NCBI GenBank assembly: GCA_016207165.1
Contig: JACQQD010000008.1
Span: 96,001-160,000 of the forward strand
Length of the DNA stretch: 64,000 bases
Origin: Candidatus Micrarchaeota archaeon
GTDB lineage: Archaea > Micrarchaeota > Micrarchaeia > Norongarragalinales > Norongarragalinaceae
Direction: 5' to 3'
Part shown: positions 10,501 to 19,097 of the stretch, one piece after another
Numbering within the stretch: the stretch's first letter is position 1
Layout of the letters: each line of letters starts with the position of its first letter
Notes under the pieces: generated by a model
Seen by the model: the letters and a program-made list of their open reading frames with translations, nothing else
Database searches by the model: none
Told to the model about the DNA's origin: nothing
Position numbers and translations under genes: made by a program

Positions 10501-13500
10501 TGCCAACTCATCAAAGACCAGGAGCAATTCCAGGATTTGGCGACTTTTTCGGTGAACTACGACGCCGAAGAACTGGCGAAACTCGGTGACTTCAACCCCG
10601 AGGGATTGTTCTACAAGAATACGGGCCATTACCGGTACTTTGCCGTAATCAACAACGAGGAAAACCCCATTGAATTAAGCAAAATCTCCGGCGACGGCGC
10701 GGGACTGGTTTCATGCCAAATCCTTGACTCCAGCGGCCAGGTTTTGGCCGGGTTGCAGGTGGGCCACCGCATCAACCCCGGCGACGTGCGCATCGTGAAA
10801 TGCACGTCGGTTAAACCGGGGGCGGGGTCCATGATTTTGGACTTTTCCGGCGCCGCCTTTGCCAGGACCAAGACCGTGCACGTGGAAGTTTTCCAGCCTG
10901 ACTCGTCCGTCTCCAAATTGTATCAAGCGTCCCCCATCGGCCAAGTCTTTCCCTTCTTCTCGCCCAAGGACTCGTCGCTTGCCGAGAAAGCCAAGGTCTT
11001 GCAGCAAGCCGGTTCTGAAAAGTTGGAGTTCGCCGAGCAACAACCGCTGTTGGGCCAGGCGTCACCCACTCCAACTTCCATTCCCTCCCCTTCCCCAGCG
11101 CCCCAGACAGACGAAGAGAAAAAGAAACAAAAGGAAGAATTGGCTGCCGCCATCCAGAACGTCCGCGACTTTAGGTTCTGCAAGTCGTACTTCTGCACCT
11201 TCAGCCGGGGCCAGGAAGCCCTGTACTCGTTTGCCGACGCGTTCCAGAAAATCGTGAAACAAAAAACCGATGGCGAAGGTGGAGCGCCCACCATTCAGTC
11301 GCTTTCCAAGTTCTGTGACTCGCTTCAAGGCCTCTCCACGTACCGCAAATCCATGGTGCTCCAGTTGGCCAACGTTCAGTTGACCGGCGACGAGTCCTCC
11401 AGCGCCGTTTCGTCCCTTCGCAACGAAATCCAGGCGCAAGTCTTCGGCGGCGACGTGTCCACCGTGGAAATCAAGGCATCGGATGGAAGCGACGTTTTGT
11501 TCAAAGGCTGCGGAATCTACCAAGTCGAAGCCGTATTGAACCCCATGTGCGGCTCCGGGGCCGCCACTCCGGAGGCTTGGAAGAAATCCATGCGCGTGGA
11601 GTTCCGCGTCAACAAAATCGTTTCCTGTGAAGAGAATTTGGCCAACGCCGCACTGCTTACAGCTCAGGATGACGGCGGCATGTCGGCGTACACCGGCAAC
11701 CAACTCGGCCACGGCGTGGTCAACGCCATCCGCTCCGCCTTCTCGCGAAAAACCTTTTCCGCTTTGGCGGCCATTCCCCAAGCCGCGTTCAACGACAAGT
11801 CCGAAAGCCGGCTGAAAGACGTGTTGGAAAGCGTGGGCCGCGTGCGGCAAGGCGTACTCGGCCAATACGGCGTGGAGACGAATGAGAAAGACGAGGCTAC
11901 AGTCAAAGCGCTTTACCACGCGCTTTACAACGTGAACGTGCAAGAAAAGAAAGTCAAGTTGTGTCCCCGCCTTGGAAGCGGCTTGGCGTACACGGCGTGC
12001 CCCGCGAAACCCTACGAGGACGCAGGATTCTGCTGGCGCACCGGTTTTGGCGCTTACTCCACCATTCTAGGCACGTCGGTGGCCTTGTTTGCCGCGCAAA
12101 CCGCGTACGTGGCCAGCGGCGCAGGCGGCGCCGTGGCGCCTCTGGCTTGGTCGCGCGCCATTGCCAGCAATTACCGCCTCATTTCCGCGTACTCGGGTTG
12201 CTTGGCTGGCGCTGGGGCGGAAGTCTTCCAAGGACGCTCGGCCGCCTCATGCCGCGCGCTGGATGTCTGCACGGGGTCTGTGTTGTCTGGCATCGTGGAA
12301 ACCGGCATGCCGTTCTTCGGAAATTGGCGGCTTTTGAGGCCCCAAATCCAGGCCGCACAGGCCTCATCCCAGCTGTCGGCTGGGTCATCCGCCGTGGCGT
12401 CCTTCTTCCTGGAAGGATTGCTGGGCGCCGGAGTTTTGGCTGGACTGGAGGAAGCCGCTGGCTTGCAGGAGGCGCCGCCGGTGCCGGCCATGCCTGTGAC
12501 GTTCATCGTCCGCCAATTTGCTTCGCCAACAGCGTTGGAGCGGGAACTGGGTGCCACGCGCCGGTTCGTCTTCAACATGGCGCCGTATGCCCAAGTGCGT
12601 GGCTCGCCGGCGCACCGCCGCGCGCAAGTGGAACTTTTGAACCGGCAACTCGAAGCACAAGGCATCTACAACCGGCGCGCGTCGGCCGACGCCATCCGTG
12701 CGTTGTACGATGCAGGCGGTGGCGACGTACGTGGCGCGTTCCAGAACAGCCGATTGGTTCGCGCCCTGGCGGCCATGGATGACGGGCAAGTCAACCATTT
12801 GCGTGATTTGCTTGAGGCAGGGGGTCCGGGTCCAGTCCAGGAGCAGGAGATTCTCAATTACTTGGCAGAGTCATTCATCGACAGCAACCCGCAGAACGCG
12901 GTGTACACCCGAAACCAGATCATCCAAGGTCTGGGTTTGACTACGCCGGATGCCACCGGACGTCATGCGCGGCTCGCAGAGTTCATTCGAGATCTTCCGT
13001 TTTCCTCTCAGCACAATTTGTTCACGCGTCCAGGACTGAATTCGTACTTTACGAGAACTCAGTTGTCCAGTGAAGCCAGTCTACGCACTGCACTGGCGGG
13101 CAACGACGCCCGACTTTTCGGCCGTGACGCACCTTTTGCAAGGCAATTGTTGACTGAATTGACGTCGGAGGGTTCCGATGCGTTGCTTCCGTTGCCCCGT
13201 TCCGCTCGCGCGTCTCCTTGGTTTTTTGGCGTTCGCCCAATTGATCTCATGGATTTGGAGTCGCGCATTCCATTCCACGATCCGGCGGCACCAACCAACC
13301 GGTTCACTGCCGTGCAGTACAACACGTTTTTGAACGCATTGGGTGTGCCTCCGGGAGCGGCGCCAAGGGACGTGGCTACATCCATTTACACGGAGTTCCA
13401 GCGAGGCCGCATTCAATTGACCCAAATTGATCAAGCGCTGGCCGCTGCTGGCCAGGATCCGCTACCGAACGGCTTTGGCGGTCTTCGTTCACTACTTCAC

Positions 13501-14403
13501 CGCGACCTGCGGACGCTTCAAGGTCCCTCGTTCCAAGGCCTAGACGACGGCGTCGAACGCTTCCGGCGGCTCTTCCAGATGCACCAAGTCAACGACATTA
13601 CTGGCGCCCACACTTCAATCCGCCCCACTCAGTTCGCCGATCTGACGCCCGACGAACTCAAGGCGGCAAGGCAATTGTTGGAGGCCGAACGCCACATGCG
13701 CATCTTCCGCGGCGTGTCGTTCGTCACCGCTTTCCTAACCAGCTTTTTGTTCAACACGGATTTCCGGCCGGTGCAAGTGGAAGTGGATGCCGGTCGCGAC
13801 GGCCACGTCATTGCCTTGCACGCCGAAGACGGAAAATACACGGCGGAAAGCATTTGCGTGAAAGGCATCGCGGGTTCCACCAGCTTGGATTGCAAGCCCC
13901 CGGCATCCAACGTGCTGTCGCCGCAACAGCTTTGCGGTTCTTCCCCGTTGTGCATGCGTCTCTTGAAGTGGTCCAACGGCAAGGTGACGTCGTACGCGTT
14001 GGTGGTCGGCTTTAATGATGCCGCTCCAACTGATCCCGAGTACTTGAATTCCTTGTTCATTCCCAAAGAAAAGCCGGTGAACAAACCCTACATGACGTCG
14101 GCCAGAGTCCAGTTTGACCCCATTTCTGCCGCCGGCTTTTCCCAGTATCAGGCGGACGTGACTGACCCCAAGACGGCCACCCGCACCGCCCAAATCGAGG
14201 TGGCAAAAGCCATCATTTCCGACATGAACGACCAAAATTCCAGGGCCGCGTTCCCGGCGGACAAGCGTGACGCCGTCAAGAAACTCGCACAGGACGCCAT
14301 CAACGCCTTCAAGCTAGAGCACGACACCACGGGTTCAGCGCTTCTGGCCAAAGCCCAGCAAGCCGAGACCGCGCTTCGCGCCGGCACCACGGAGGGACGC
14401 TGA
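4573..14403 (+). CDS. giant membrane-anchored surface protein (3276 aa) with carboxypeptidase-regulatory/Ig-like repeats
   Basis: N-terminal TM; repeated V.V.D..G.pv.gA.V....G..T...G motifs; cupredoxin-like segment at ~6520-6760; Cys pairs; Gly/Ala-rich hydrophobic block at ~12040-12520. Confidence 0.9.
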   Translation: MVFDSFLDFADEHGLPFRSWAEALEEKGIPSFVLLLIPILVLGAAAFVLLSQAPSTGTVKIYAQSQDGQVLEGVSVSLVGPNGFKKEVATNAGGLAAFSDVPAGTIRVQAFSSQVVLKEPAFDVVVKAGQVATGTVFSEVSTRQSVVLTVDVRNAAEATIRVFDSKDGLVDMASGVTSNPFAVAPENTYRVVAESDGFLPAEQDVTVARDAVFVELILQEKDKPTQSQVHVNVFQQGLEEVPVENASVRIVSGDQVLAVRESSQDGSIVPVGVPLGANVTVLVSKEGFAEGVRNFNASRLEEVVVVELQKGVAATAGVTIRVRDSAGNPVFSPIVRLFEKGLLKEDVFASDGVAQFDVSSLSDLSAEVYKSGFLPKRVESLQRDNAVVLERASANNSGRVRVLVLDRNGLEVSGAAVQLLSEGQKPLGIPPRLSGTDGEQVFDDVPLGLAVAQAVLGPRVAQSSPVLVVPLNQSNETRATVQFEPVAVDVPVRVTDKFSSSPIRGAKVVVADGSCTTAADGACLLKSLESDDAVLSATANGFESFESAAFSVYPGMQVVPVELVSASVARDVKLSFDGVFDSAGRKVNFLDPVTSYEARYTIFQPNVSFSKAEAFISIQGGAVLLGGQSQKARVTKGGQNDFQEQFASQEVAITPEGLFPATVDVPAGGQVVFSNEDNATHVLAFDDGQSLSLNPGDKRSLAFNAVGSFGFKSLRSETLSGFVTVTEQAVFEVDDASSVLFEYPSFNGSKQLTVRFKTSREGDVVLSHRSAFFTPVEALRDPLEGVKQSGSLSIRFQGTCAENLCVQHYFEFGGRTHRELELPLGEPAELVFNVVGLEKPGEIRLDASPGLVLLSGRTETSSLQIRSNESSTIRIPAGRSEVRIQFEARRLAEDASIGFAVASDNAVLFEGDAFLHVFAKTQPALVVSVRPSKVLALEQSAVTFSVKDGFGEPVSDALVVLGDAEANPSSQVGQYVVESLQPESLQPVSFEVRKEGFKVFRGSLSVEAPDFVLEVSPSLVSLSVDSREKQSAPVQVTNLLGDALRLAVSVNVESGGELTDVDVSTSSLRLKGHESGSFDVLASLKEEVMQVARRSGALTEDVRGIVRIRSTAKGFSDAQEVRFQVQATQSQQSLDDVWLLSPDSLSYSLEPPRTKAESQEVTVSNNGPYPLVFNVEQTLGGLSVQPASLVIPSNQEDVFTVRASTPNELNCFSDDVQRQGAMTVYASFQGITSKKTAQINVDVLTSSLVCAPPNGYRVTLPVDARMMFQSVVKTKVNPDGSTAVLLPGGQLMWFESGASVTPVEAQVPPSTGFMLDRSLVQPLPEGGWTVRFPVQVVLSIPDDADRQPFGGGQTIITIENAQIILPPGVQSALPQLTRQASNEVVIPPLSPVTFRRVPFNYDAYANLLPADSVEVHLPADAVLDLPAGTVERKLPKQASTYDYLSSRQSTENLYNIKAIQLPGGERLAFGDQAAILINPSSLQNNPSQVRLPADAALFVSRHRVAQVENRDVSEAFTLTMPVPYSLTVQGEPVPFQTEGGLWGLKVNEKATVEASWKPSVTKTSSQNVVRVVRENSLTYLSGASARIPVDPASLAKCSFSYEHEQSVSFLIPQGASLSKKAGRYEVVLPRCDETSKLTFHVSDSALGTADVLETPAIRKITFPDSAEVLGDLSASEEKQVTVKGTIEFVACLKDEQGKDVTETLKTMRVGFNEKSLVSVPERAILGLSKDQREMDFEVLTPVTLKPEGVTSTSLGSTKKMTMERQGRPVTFVGPPDYDRTGIVMEPGSELLFVPVCQKGTGRLDITATAEDVVVREKDKTEKAPLEVTFSNKNFKKSESRELVLINSGTQAVNLDGVSSEADASLDQRYRTYLTSILRTDTDHAFLQSPGVFGQKQKLRLEGRAPSEEPRQHVFVVKLELPDDMVIQNQCIKSEFDGVAMNGAYVFSLTDLNGDAISESQNHRMPVIVRFDAKAEDCQLIKDQEQFQDLATFSVNYDAEELAKLGDFNPEGLFYKNTGHYRYFAVINNEENPIELSKISGDGAGLVSCQILDSSGQVLAGLQVGHRINPGDVRIVKCTSVKPGAGSMILDFSGAAFARTKTVHVEVFQPDSSVSKLYQASPIGQVFPFFSPKDSSLAEKAKVLQQAGSEKLEFAEQQPLLGQASPTPTSIPSPSPAPQTDEEKKKQKEELAAAIQNVRDFRFCKSYFCTFSRGQEALYSFADAFQKIVKQKTDGEGGAPTIQSLSKFCDSLQGLSTYRKSMVLQLANVQLTGDESSSAVSSLRNEIQAQVFGGDVSTVEIKASDGSDVLFKGCGIYQVEAVLNPMCGSGAATPEAWKKSMRVEFRVNKIVSCEENLANAALLTAQDDGGMSAYTGNQLGHGVVNAIRSAFSRKTFSALAAIPQAAFNDKSESRLKDVLESVGRVRQGVLGQYGVETNEKDEATVKALYHALYNVNVQEKKVKLCPRLGSGLAYTACPAKPYEDAGFCWRTGFGAYSTILGTSVALFAAQTAYVASGAGGAVAPLAWSRAIASNYRLISAYSGCLAGAGAEVFQGRSAASCRALDVCTGSVLSGIVETGMPFFGNWRLLRPQIQAAQASSQLSAGSSAVASFFLEGLLGAGVLAGLEEAAGLQEAPPVPAMPVTFIVRQFASPTALERELGATRRFVFNMAPYAQVRGSPAHRRAQVELLNRQLEAQGIYNRRASADAIRALYDAGGGDVRGAFQNSRLVRALAAMDDGQVNHLRDLLEAGGPGPVQEQEILNYLAESFIDSNPQNAVYTRNQIIQGLGLTTPDATGRHARLAEFIRDLPFSSQHNLFTRPGLNSYFTRTQLSSEASLRTALAGNDARLFGRDAPFARQLLTELTSEGSDALLPLPRSARASPWFFGVRPIDLMDLESRIPFHDPAAPTNRFTAVQYNTFLNALGVPPGAAPRDVATSIYTEFQRGRIQLTQIDQALAAAGQDPLPNGFGGLRSLLHRDLRTLQGPSFQGLDDGVERFRRLFQMHQVNDITGAHTSIRPTQFADLTPDELKAARQLLEAERHMRIFRGVSFVTAFLTSFLFNTDFRPVQVEVDAGRDGHVIALHAEDGKYTAESICVKGIAGSTSLDCKPPASNVLSPQQLCGSSPLCMRLLKWSNGKVTSYALVVGFNDAAPTDPEYLNSLFIPKEKPVNKPYMTSARVQFDPISAAGFSQYQADVTDPKTATRTAQIEVAKAIISDMNDQNSRAAFPADKRDAVKKLAQDAINAFKLEHDTTGSALLAKAQQAETALRAGTTEGR

Positions 14404-14406
14404 AGC

Positions 14407-14970
14407 ATGAACAAGTGGGTTTTGGTGTTGGTTTTGTTGGGCGGCGTTTTGGCGTTGTGGGTGCTTGGCTTCGGCCAGTCGTTGGGGTTCAACGCGTTGA
14501 CGGGGCCTTCAACCAAGCCGCTTTCCCCAGAATCCGTGGCGACGTACGAGCCCTTGACCATCCAATACATCGATTCGGAGCTTGGTTTTTCCGTGCGCCA
14601 CCCCATTGGATACATTGTGGACGCCATTCCCGGCGAACACGTCCACTTTTTCGCTTCAAGCCCATCCGGTTTTTCCGAAGACTACTTGTTCAAGACCACC
14701 AATGAAACGCTTTCGTTCAAAGACCTGCGCGAGATTGCCGTCGAGCTTGAAGCCAAACCCGTTCGCGAAGACCAAGTCAACGTGAACGGAAAAACCGCGT
14801 TGCGCCTGCAAGCCGTCTTGCCTGGAGACGAACTCTTGGAATCCGAGACCCTTGTTTTGGGCGTGATTCCCTGTCCAGGGTATCGACTGTACTTTACCGC
14901 CGTGATTCCCGACTCGCTTTCCGACGACGTGGCGTTGGCCGACTACGTGTTGCAGACCGCCCAATGCTGA
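14407..14970 (+). CDS. secreted protein, PsbP/DcrB-like
   Basis: Signal or anchor segment, YIDSELGFSVRHPIGY, VNVNGKTAL. Starts 3 bp after the giant gene. Confidence 0.65.
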   Translation: MNKWVLVLVLLGGVLALWVLGFGQSLGFNALTGPSTKPLSPESVATYEPLTIQYIDSELGFSVRHPIGYIVDAIPGEHVHFFASSPSGFSEDYLFKTTNETLSFKDLREIAVELEAKPVREDQVNVNGKTALRLQAVLPGDELLESETLVLGVIPCPGYRLYFTAVIPDSLSDDVALADYVLQTAQC

Positions 14971-15026
14971 CCTCTTTCTTCGTCCCTTGAAAAGGGTATT
15001 TAAGCGGGAAATGCCAGTGTGTTGAC

Positions 15027-16625
15027 ATGTCGGAACACGGTGGCCGTCGTCGGCGTGCTGCAGCCCATCCCGCTGAACCCGAACGCCCACCGGAACGCCC
15101 GCCAGACCCCAATGAACGTGTTGTCATTCGGTTGTCCGATTCTTCGCCCCGTCCAGGTCAAAGCATTCATCAAATGGAACACGAGAAAATCCATAGCTTT
15201 TTTGACGGCATGCCTTTTCTTCTTCCTTGCGGAGTCCAAGGCGGTCAGGGCGTTGTACATGGTCAAGTCGCGTACCGCAAGCTTCCCGGCAGACCCGACT
15301 TGCCCCGTGCTCAAGCCAACCCCATTGAGCGCTCCCATGTGCTGGCCGCTTTGCTTGCAGAACGCATCTACCATCACCCCACCGCAGGCGCTTTCGTAGC
15401 CAGCCAATTAGGGAATGATTGGCATGAGAACATTTCCGAATTAATCAACGTGCTGCGCGGCGAAGCTCACCACGCATTTGCATCCGGCCTGGGTTTGGAC
15501 CATCGTTCGGAATGGCACGACGTGCTAGACTTGATACCCGATGTCGTGAATTTGTGGCCACAAACCCAAGAGCACGGCGGCCGCCCGCCGGGAGGCGGCG
15601 GACCCGGCGGAGGCGATGGAGGGGGCGGTCACCGTTCAGGCGTTCCGCCCATCAACATCAACATCCAAAACAACCCAGTCAACGAATTCAATCCGCAATT
15701 CAATCCCAGCAATTTTGGCAACGCCAGCATTAGTGACGCGAACAAAATCACCGACTCGAACAAAATTCAAGATGCATTGAACCCGCTTTCCAGTGGCCGC
15801 AACCGAATCCGAGTGGAAGGAGGCCGACAACGCCGGCGCAGACGCGATGCGCCTCCGCAAGCCGGACCCCAGCCGCCGGAACAGCAAGTCATTGAACCGC
15901 TCATCGTTGACGCGGACTTCCGCGTCCAGCCGCCCCAACGCCGGGCATTCCCGTTGGACTCAAGACGAGCCGCTCTTCCTTTGCCGCTCCGCGCGTTTCC
16001 AGGTCCTCAACGCGCGTTGCCACTCCAGTCACAAATCGCGTTGCCGGAGTCCACGCCCACCCACGACCACGGCCCCCAACAAGCGCAAGCCATTGACCCC
16101 AATGCCCCGGCGCCCTTGGCGCAACCGCATACGCCGGAACACGAATTTGAACGTCATCTTGGTTCTCTTCTGGCCTACTATGCTCATGTTCCGCATCGGT
16201 CGGCCCGCCTCGACGTTGTCCAACATGTTTGGGGTGATCCTGCCCTGCGCACGTTTCTTCACGAGCGCCCGGTCCCGCCAACTCCGTCAATGACGGACGA
16301 ACGCGTGCGTGAGTATTACCAAAATGTCGTTGGGGTATACCACGCACTGCCTACAAACAGTCCTTTTAAGGAGCAGTTGGGTCGCCGCCTGCTTCACGGT
16401 TTGGTCACGCATGTTTCGCAACAGGAGCAATGGCGGCGGGAAGACTTGACACAACTTTTGCGCCATCACCTCCACGACACGAATCTCGCGCCACACATTC
16501 AAGAGATGAGCGTGCATCGGATGCTGCCGGTTCTGCACATGAACTGGCCCCAATCCCGTGCCTTGGCGCACGACTTGGCCCGATACTTGGTTTGGCTCGG
16601 GTTTAATGGCCCGCTTCCCCGGTGA
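15027..16625 (+). CDS. hypothetical protein with long Pro/Gly/Gln-rich disordered centre (532 aa)
   Basis: Long ORF with a TATTTAA box ~30 bp upstream. No recognisable family. Confidence 0.7.
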   Translation: MSEHGGRRRRAAAHPAEPERPPERPPDPNERVVIRLSDSSPRPGQSIHQMEHEKIHSFFDGMPFLLPCGVQGGQGVVHGQVAYRKLPGRPDLPRAQANPIERSHVLAALLAERIYHHPTAGAFVASQLGNDWHENISELINVLRGEAHHAFASGLGLDHRSEWHDVLDLIPDVVNLWPQTQEHGGRPPGGGGPGGGDGGGGHRSGVPPININIQNNPVNEFNPQFNPSNFGNASISDANKITDSNKIQDALNPLSSGRNRIRVEGGRQRRRRRDAPPQAGPQPPEQQVIEPLIVDADFRVQPPQRRAFPLDSRRAALPLPLRAFPGPQRALPLQSQIALPESTPTHDHGPQQAQAIDPNAPAPLAQPHTPEHEFERHLGSLLAYYAHVPHRSARLDVVQHVWGDPALRTFLHERPVPPTPSMTDERVREYYQNVVGVYHALPTNSPFKEQLGRRLLHGLVTHVSQQEQWRREDLTQLLRHHLHDTNLAPHIQEMSVHRMLPVLHMNWPQSRALAHDLARYLVWLGFNGPLPR

Positions 16626-16631
16626 TTTGTT

Positions 16632-17084
16632 TTGGCCTCTCTTTTGACTTCCTTGAAAAAAGTCGTTTCCGCGTCCAAGAACGATCCGGTTCTGCGCCAG
16701 CGCCTCATCGCGCAAGCCATGTTGTTGGGCCAACTCAAGTACATCAAAAACAAGGTCTCGGCTCCGGCCAACGCGTGGCACGACGCGGACGCCTTCGAGA
16801 AATTCATGTTTTCCGTTTTGAAGCCTTCCCGATTTGCCAAAGGCTGGACCCAGCGCATTCTGCACTCGTTTGTTTTGTCCATGGTCTTGGCGCACGGCGA
16901 CTCCAAGAAACTGCGGGCCAAAGCCGGCGCATTCTTGCAGAAGTTTGACAAGCGGTACCACAAGCTCTCCGCGTTTTTCGCGAAATCCCCAGGGTTCTTC
17001 GCCGCGTACCTTTCGGGGTTGAAGTTCCAGAAAGACGTTGTGACGGTTGGGTTGCTGCGGTGCCTCGCGACGCCGCGTCATTGA
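16632..17084 (+). CDS. hypothetical basic protein (150 aa), target gene of the TA cassettes
   Basis: ORF follows the 532-aa gene. Its 3' end recurs twice downstream with mostly synonymous or conservative changes, which supports coding status. Confidence 0.8.
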   Translation: MASLLTSLKKVVSASKNDPVLRQRLIAQAMLLGQLKYIKNKVSAPANAWHDADAFEKFMFSVLKPSRFAKGWTQRILHSFVLSMVLAHGDSKKLRAKAGAFLQKFDKRYHKLSAFFAKSPGFFAAYLSGLKFQKDVVTVGLLRCLATPRH

Positions 17085-17092
17085 CTCTTTGG

Positions 17093-17614
17093 CTATTCGT
17101 CTTTCAGGTGCTTTCGGCAAAGGTATTCCAATACACCGTCTTGCCAGCCCCGCGAATCAATCATTCTTAAAATCGCGTCATTGCCTTGGTTTTTTGACCA
17201 CGTGCCTTGCTTGACCAATTCCACGATCACGGCCGCACTAATCACGATGCGGATGCCCTCGGCTTGGGCCAAGCCGTCCAGTCTGTAGCCGGCTTCCACG
17301 TCATCGCATACCAGCAGTGGAATTTTTTCCCGAATGCACAGTGTGAATGCGCTTGCTTCGCCCACGTCCACAAGTCCCGTCACCGACGGCAAAACTCGGA
17401 CGGGGGCCGCATCCATTTTTCCCGACTTGATTAAGGCGAGGATTTTTTTGGCTGCTTGACCGACTCGGTCGTCAAAACCAGCCAATTCCTTGAGCTCGTC
17501 AACCACGGCCCTTGCAATCTTCCAGGAGACGATGGAAAACGAGGGTGTCAGAGCGCCAGCAAGTTCCAGGGAAACCAGGGCCGAAGTGTCCCCCGCCGCT
17601 GTTTTTAGTGCCAT
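17093..17614 (-). CDS. PIN-domain toxin (DUF3368/VapC-like)
   Basis: DTSAL...GEASA...LLVCDD acidic PIN motifs. Confidence 0.75.
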   Translation of the reverse strand: MALKTAAGDTSALVSLELAGALTPSFSIVSWKIARAVVDELKELAGFDDRVGQAAKKILALIKSGKMDAAPVRVLPSVTGLVDVGEASAFTLCIREKIPLLVCDDVEAGYRLDGLAQAEGIRIVISAAVIVELVKQGTWSKNQGNDAILRMIDSRGWQDGVLEYLCRKHLKDE

Positions 17615-17620
17615 GCCGGT

Positions 17621-17932
17621 TTATCCCAAGCCTTGTTCAAACGACTTTTTGGCCGTGGAAACGAAAAAGGCGACTTTACGAGCTTCCTCGTATCCCAGCA
17701 CTCGCACCAAGTCGTCAAAGAGGATTTGGCCTTCCGCAAATTTTTTCGCAACGATTTTCTTCATTTCGTTCAGCGACTGCTCCCGCGCGTAATATTCTTC
17801 GACGGCTTTCCGTACGATGGCCGAACGAACCTGCCGTTTGCCTTTGGCCAATATCTCGAGTTTCTTCTCCGTTTCAGGCTCCACGCGAACGTGAATGACG
17901 GATTCATGCGCCACGGCAACCCACCTCCACAT
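17621..17932 (-). CDS. RHH/CopG-type antitoxin
   Basis: VIHVRVEPETEKKLEILAK...RSAIVRKAVEEY. Lies upstream of the PIN gene. Exact start uncertain. Confidence 0.75.
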   Translation of the reverse strand: MWRWVAVAHESVIHVRVEPETEKKLEILAKGKRQVRSAIVRKAVEEYYAREQSLNEMKKIVAKKFAEGQILFDDLVRVLGYEEARKVAFFVSTAKKSFEQGLG

Positions 17933-17935
17933 CCA

Positions 17936-17956
17936 ATGTAATACTTTGTATCACAT
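17936..17956. promoter_or_regulatory. palindromic operator of TA operon
   Basis: ATGTAATAC-TTT-GTATCACAT (8 of 9 paired), directly upstream of the antitoxin. Confidence 0.55.
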
Positions 17957-18017
17957 ATTAATGTTTCGGCGAATTGTCCATCCGAAAAAGGGCTGACAAG
18001 CCACGGCTGGCTTGCCT

Positions 18018-18121
18018 CGTTTTTCGCCAAGTCCCCGGAGTTTTTCGCCGCGTACTTGACGGGGTTGAAGTTCAAGAAAGACGCCGTCACGGCCGGGTTG
18101 CTGCGGTGCGTGGCCCGTTGA
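18018..18121 (+). repeat. second copy of the 3' end of gene 16632..17084
   Basis: Translates FFAKSPEFFAAYLTGLKFKKDAVTAGLLRCVAR*, versus FFAKSPGFFAAYLSGLKFQKDVVTVGLLRCLATPRH* in the gene. Confidence 0.92.
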
Positions 18122-18251
18122 TTTCCGTCGGCGTCAAGTACCTGTTGGCAATTGCTTTTCGGTTGCTTTGCAGAGGCTTGGAAAACGGCTTAGTCTTTTC
18201 TTCGATCTGTTTTTGCCGTGGTTGCACTGCCAACGCGGTTTGTTTCTTTCC

Positions 18252-18554
18252 CTACTTTCCTTTGAGTAGCCGGGCGAGCGTTTTTTCCTCCTCGTCGTCC
18301 TCTCCGTAAAGCGCTTCGTCAACGCCCGTGTTTCTGAGGGCTTCCAGGACTTGGCGCGTGGAGACGTTGAGGCTCTCCGCAATTTTTCGAATCGAGTATC
18401 CTTTTTTCCGGAGGTCAGCCACGGTTTCATCCAGGAGCGCCTTGAGGAGGTATTGGCGGGCCACATCCACGCGTTTGAGGTAGTTTTGCTTGGCTTTGGC
18501 GTCCAGCACGTCCACGGCTTCCTTGGGCAAGCCCAAGTGAATGTATTTTGTCAT
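18252..18554 (-). CDS. RHH+HTH antitoxin-like protein (~100 aa)
   Basis: Likely start MTKYIHLGLPKE with an ATGA overlap on the PIN stop. YSIRKIAESLNVSTRQV HTH. Confidence 0.75.
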   Translation of the reverse strand: MTKYIHLGLPKEAVDVLDAKAKQNYLKRVDVARQYLLKALLDETVADLRKKGYSIRKIAESLNVSTRQVLEALRNTGVDEALYGEDDEEEKTLARLLKGK

Positions 18555-19027
18555 GATTTGATTCCCTCCAAGTTCTTCAACGCGGTTTCGACTTTTTTTG
18601 TCCTCGGGTACGTGACGGAAAGTTTTTCCAGCCACGCAACCGCCGTCCGTCGTTCCACCACATCTTTTTTCGCCAGAAATTCGATGAATGCCGGCGTGGA
18701 AAGAACGGCGATGTGCCGATTTCTTGCCGCCGCCATCAAAAGCCCGTCGTCGGTGACCAGAACGCATTCCCGTTTGCGTTGCGTGCACGTTTCCAGGAGG
18801 CTTGCATCGACGGGCGAGAGGTTGCGAAACGCGGAATCCGTCTTGGCGGCTTTGCTTTCAAGGATGGCCACGCATTCCGCCATCCTGACGCTTTTGATTT
18901 CGTCTTTCAGGTTGTGTCGCGCCTCGTCCAATACCGCCTGGATGCTGGCGGGGCGGACGATTCCCAGTGCCTGGACGTCAATTTCGGCCATGAACGTGAG
19001 GAACGTTGCATCCGCAACGTACAACAT
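18551..19027 (-). CDS. PIN-domain toxin
   Basis: YVADATFL...LSPVDASLL...LVTDDGLL. Confidence 0.8.
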   Translation of the reverse strand: MLYVADATFLTFMAEIDVQALGIVRPASIQAVLDEARHNLKDEIKSVRMAECVAILESKAAKTDSAFRNLSPVDASLLETCTQRKRECVLVTDDGLLMAAARNRHIAVLSTPAFIEFLAKKDVVERRTAVAWLEKLSVTYPRTKKVETALKNLEGIKS

Positions 19028-19035
19028 GGCATTTT

Positions 19036-19050
19036 ATTACAATTTGTAAT
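19036..19050. promoter_or_regulatory. perfect palindrome, putative TA operator
   Basis: ATTACAA-T-TTGTAAT, 8 bp upstream of the PIN start. Confidence 0.55.
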
Positions 19051-19097
19051 TCTTAACCTTTTTGGTTTCCGGTCCTATTACTCCGTTGCGGATTCTT

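Noticed and set aside
4720-14235. Long - strand ORFs (e.g. 4720..5991, 9070..10629) and similar antisense ORFs such as 58244..59839
   Set aside because: These are shadow frames of GC-rich genes with no protein-like motifs.
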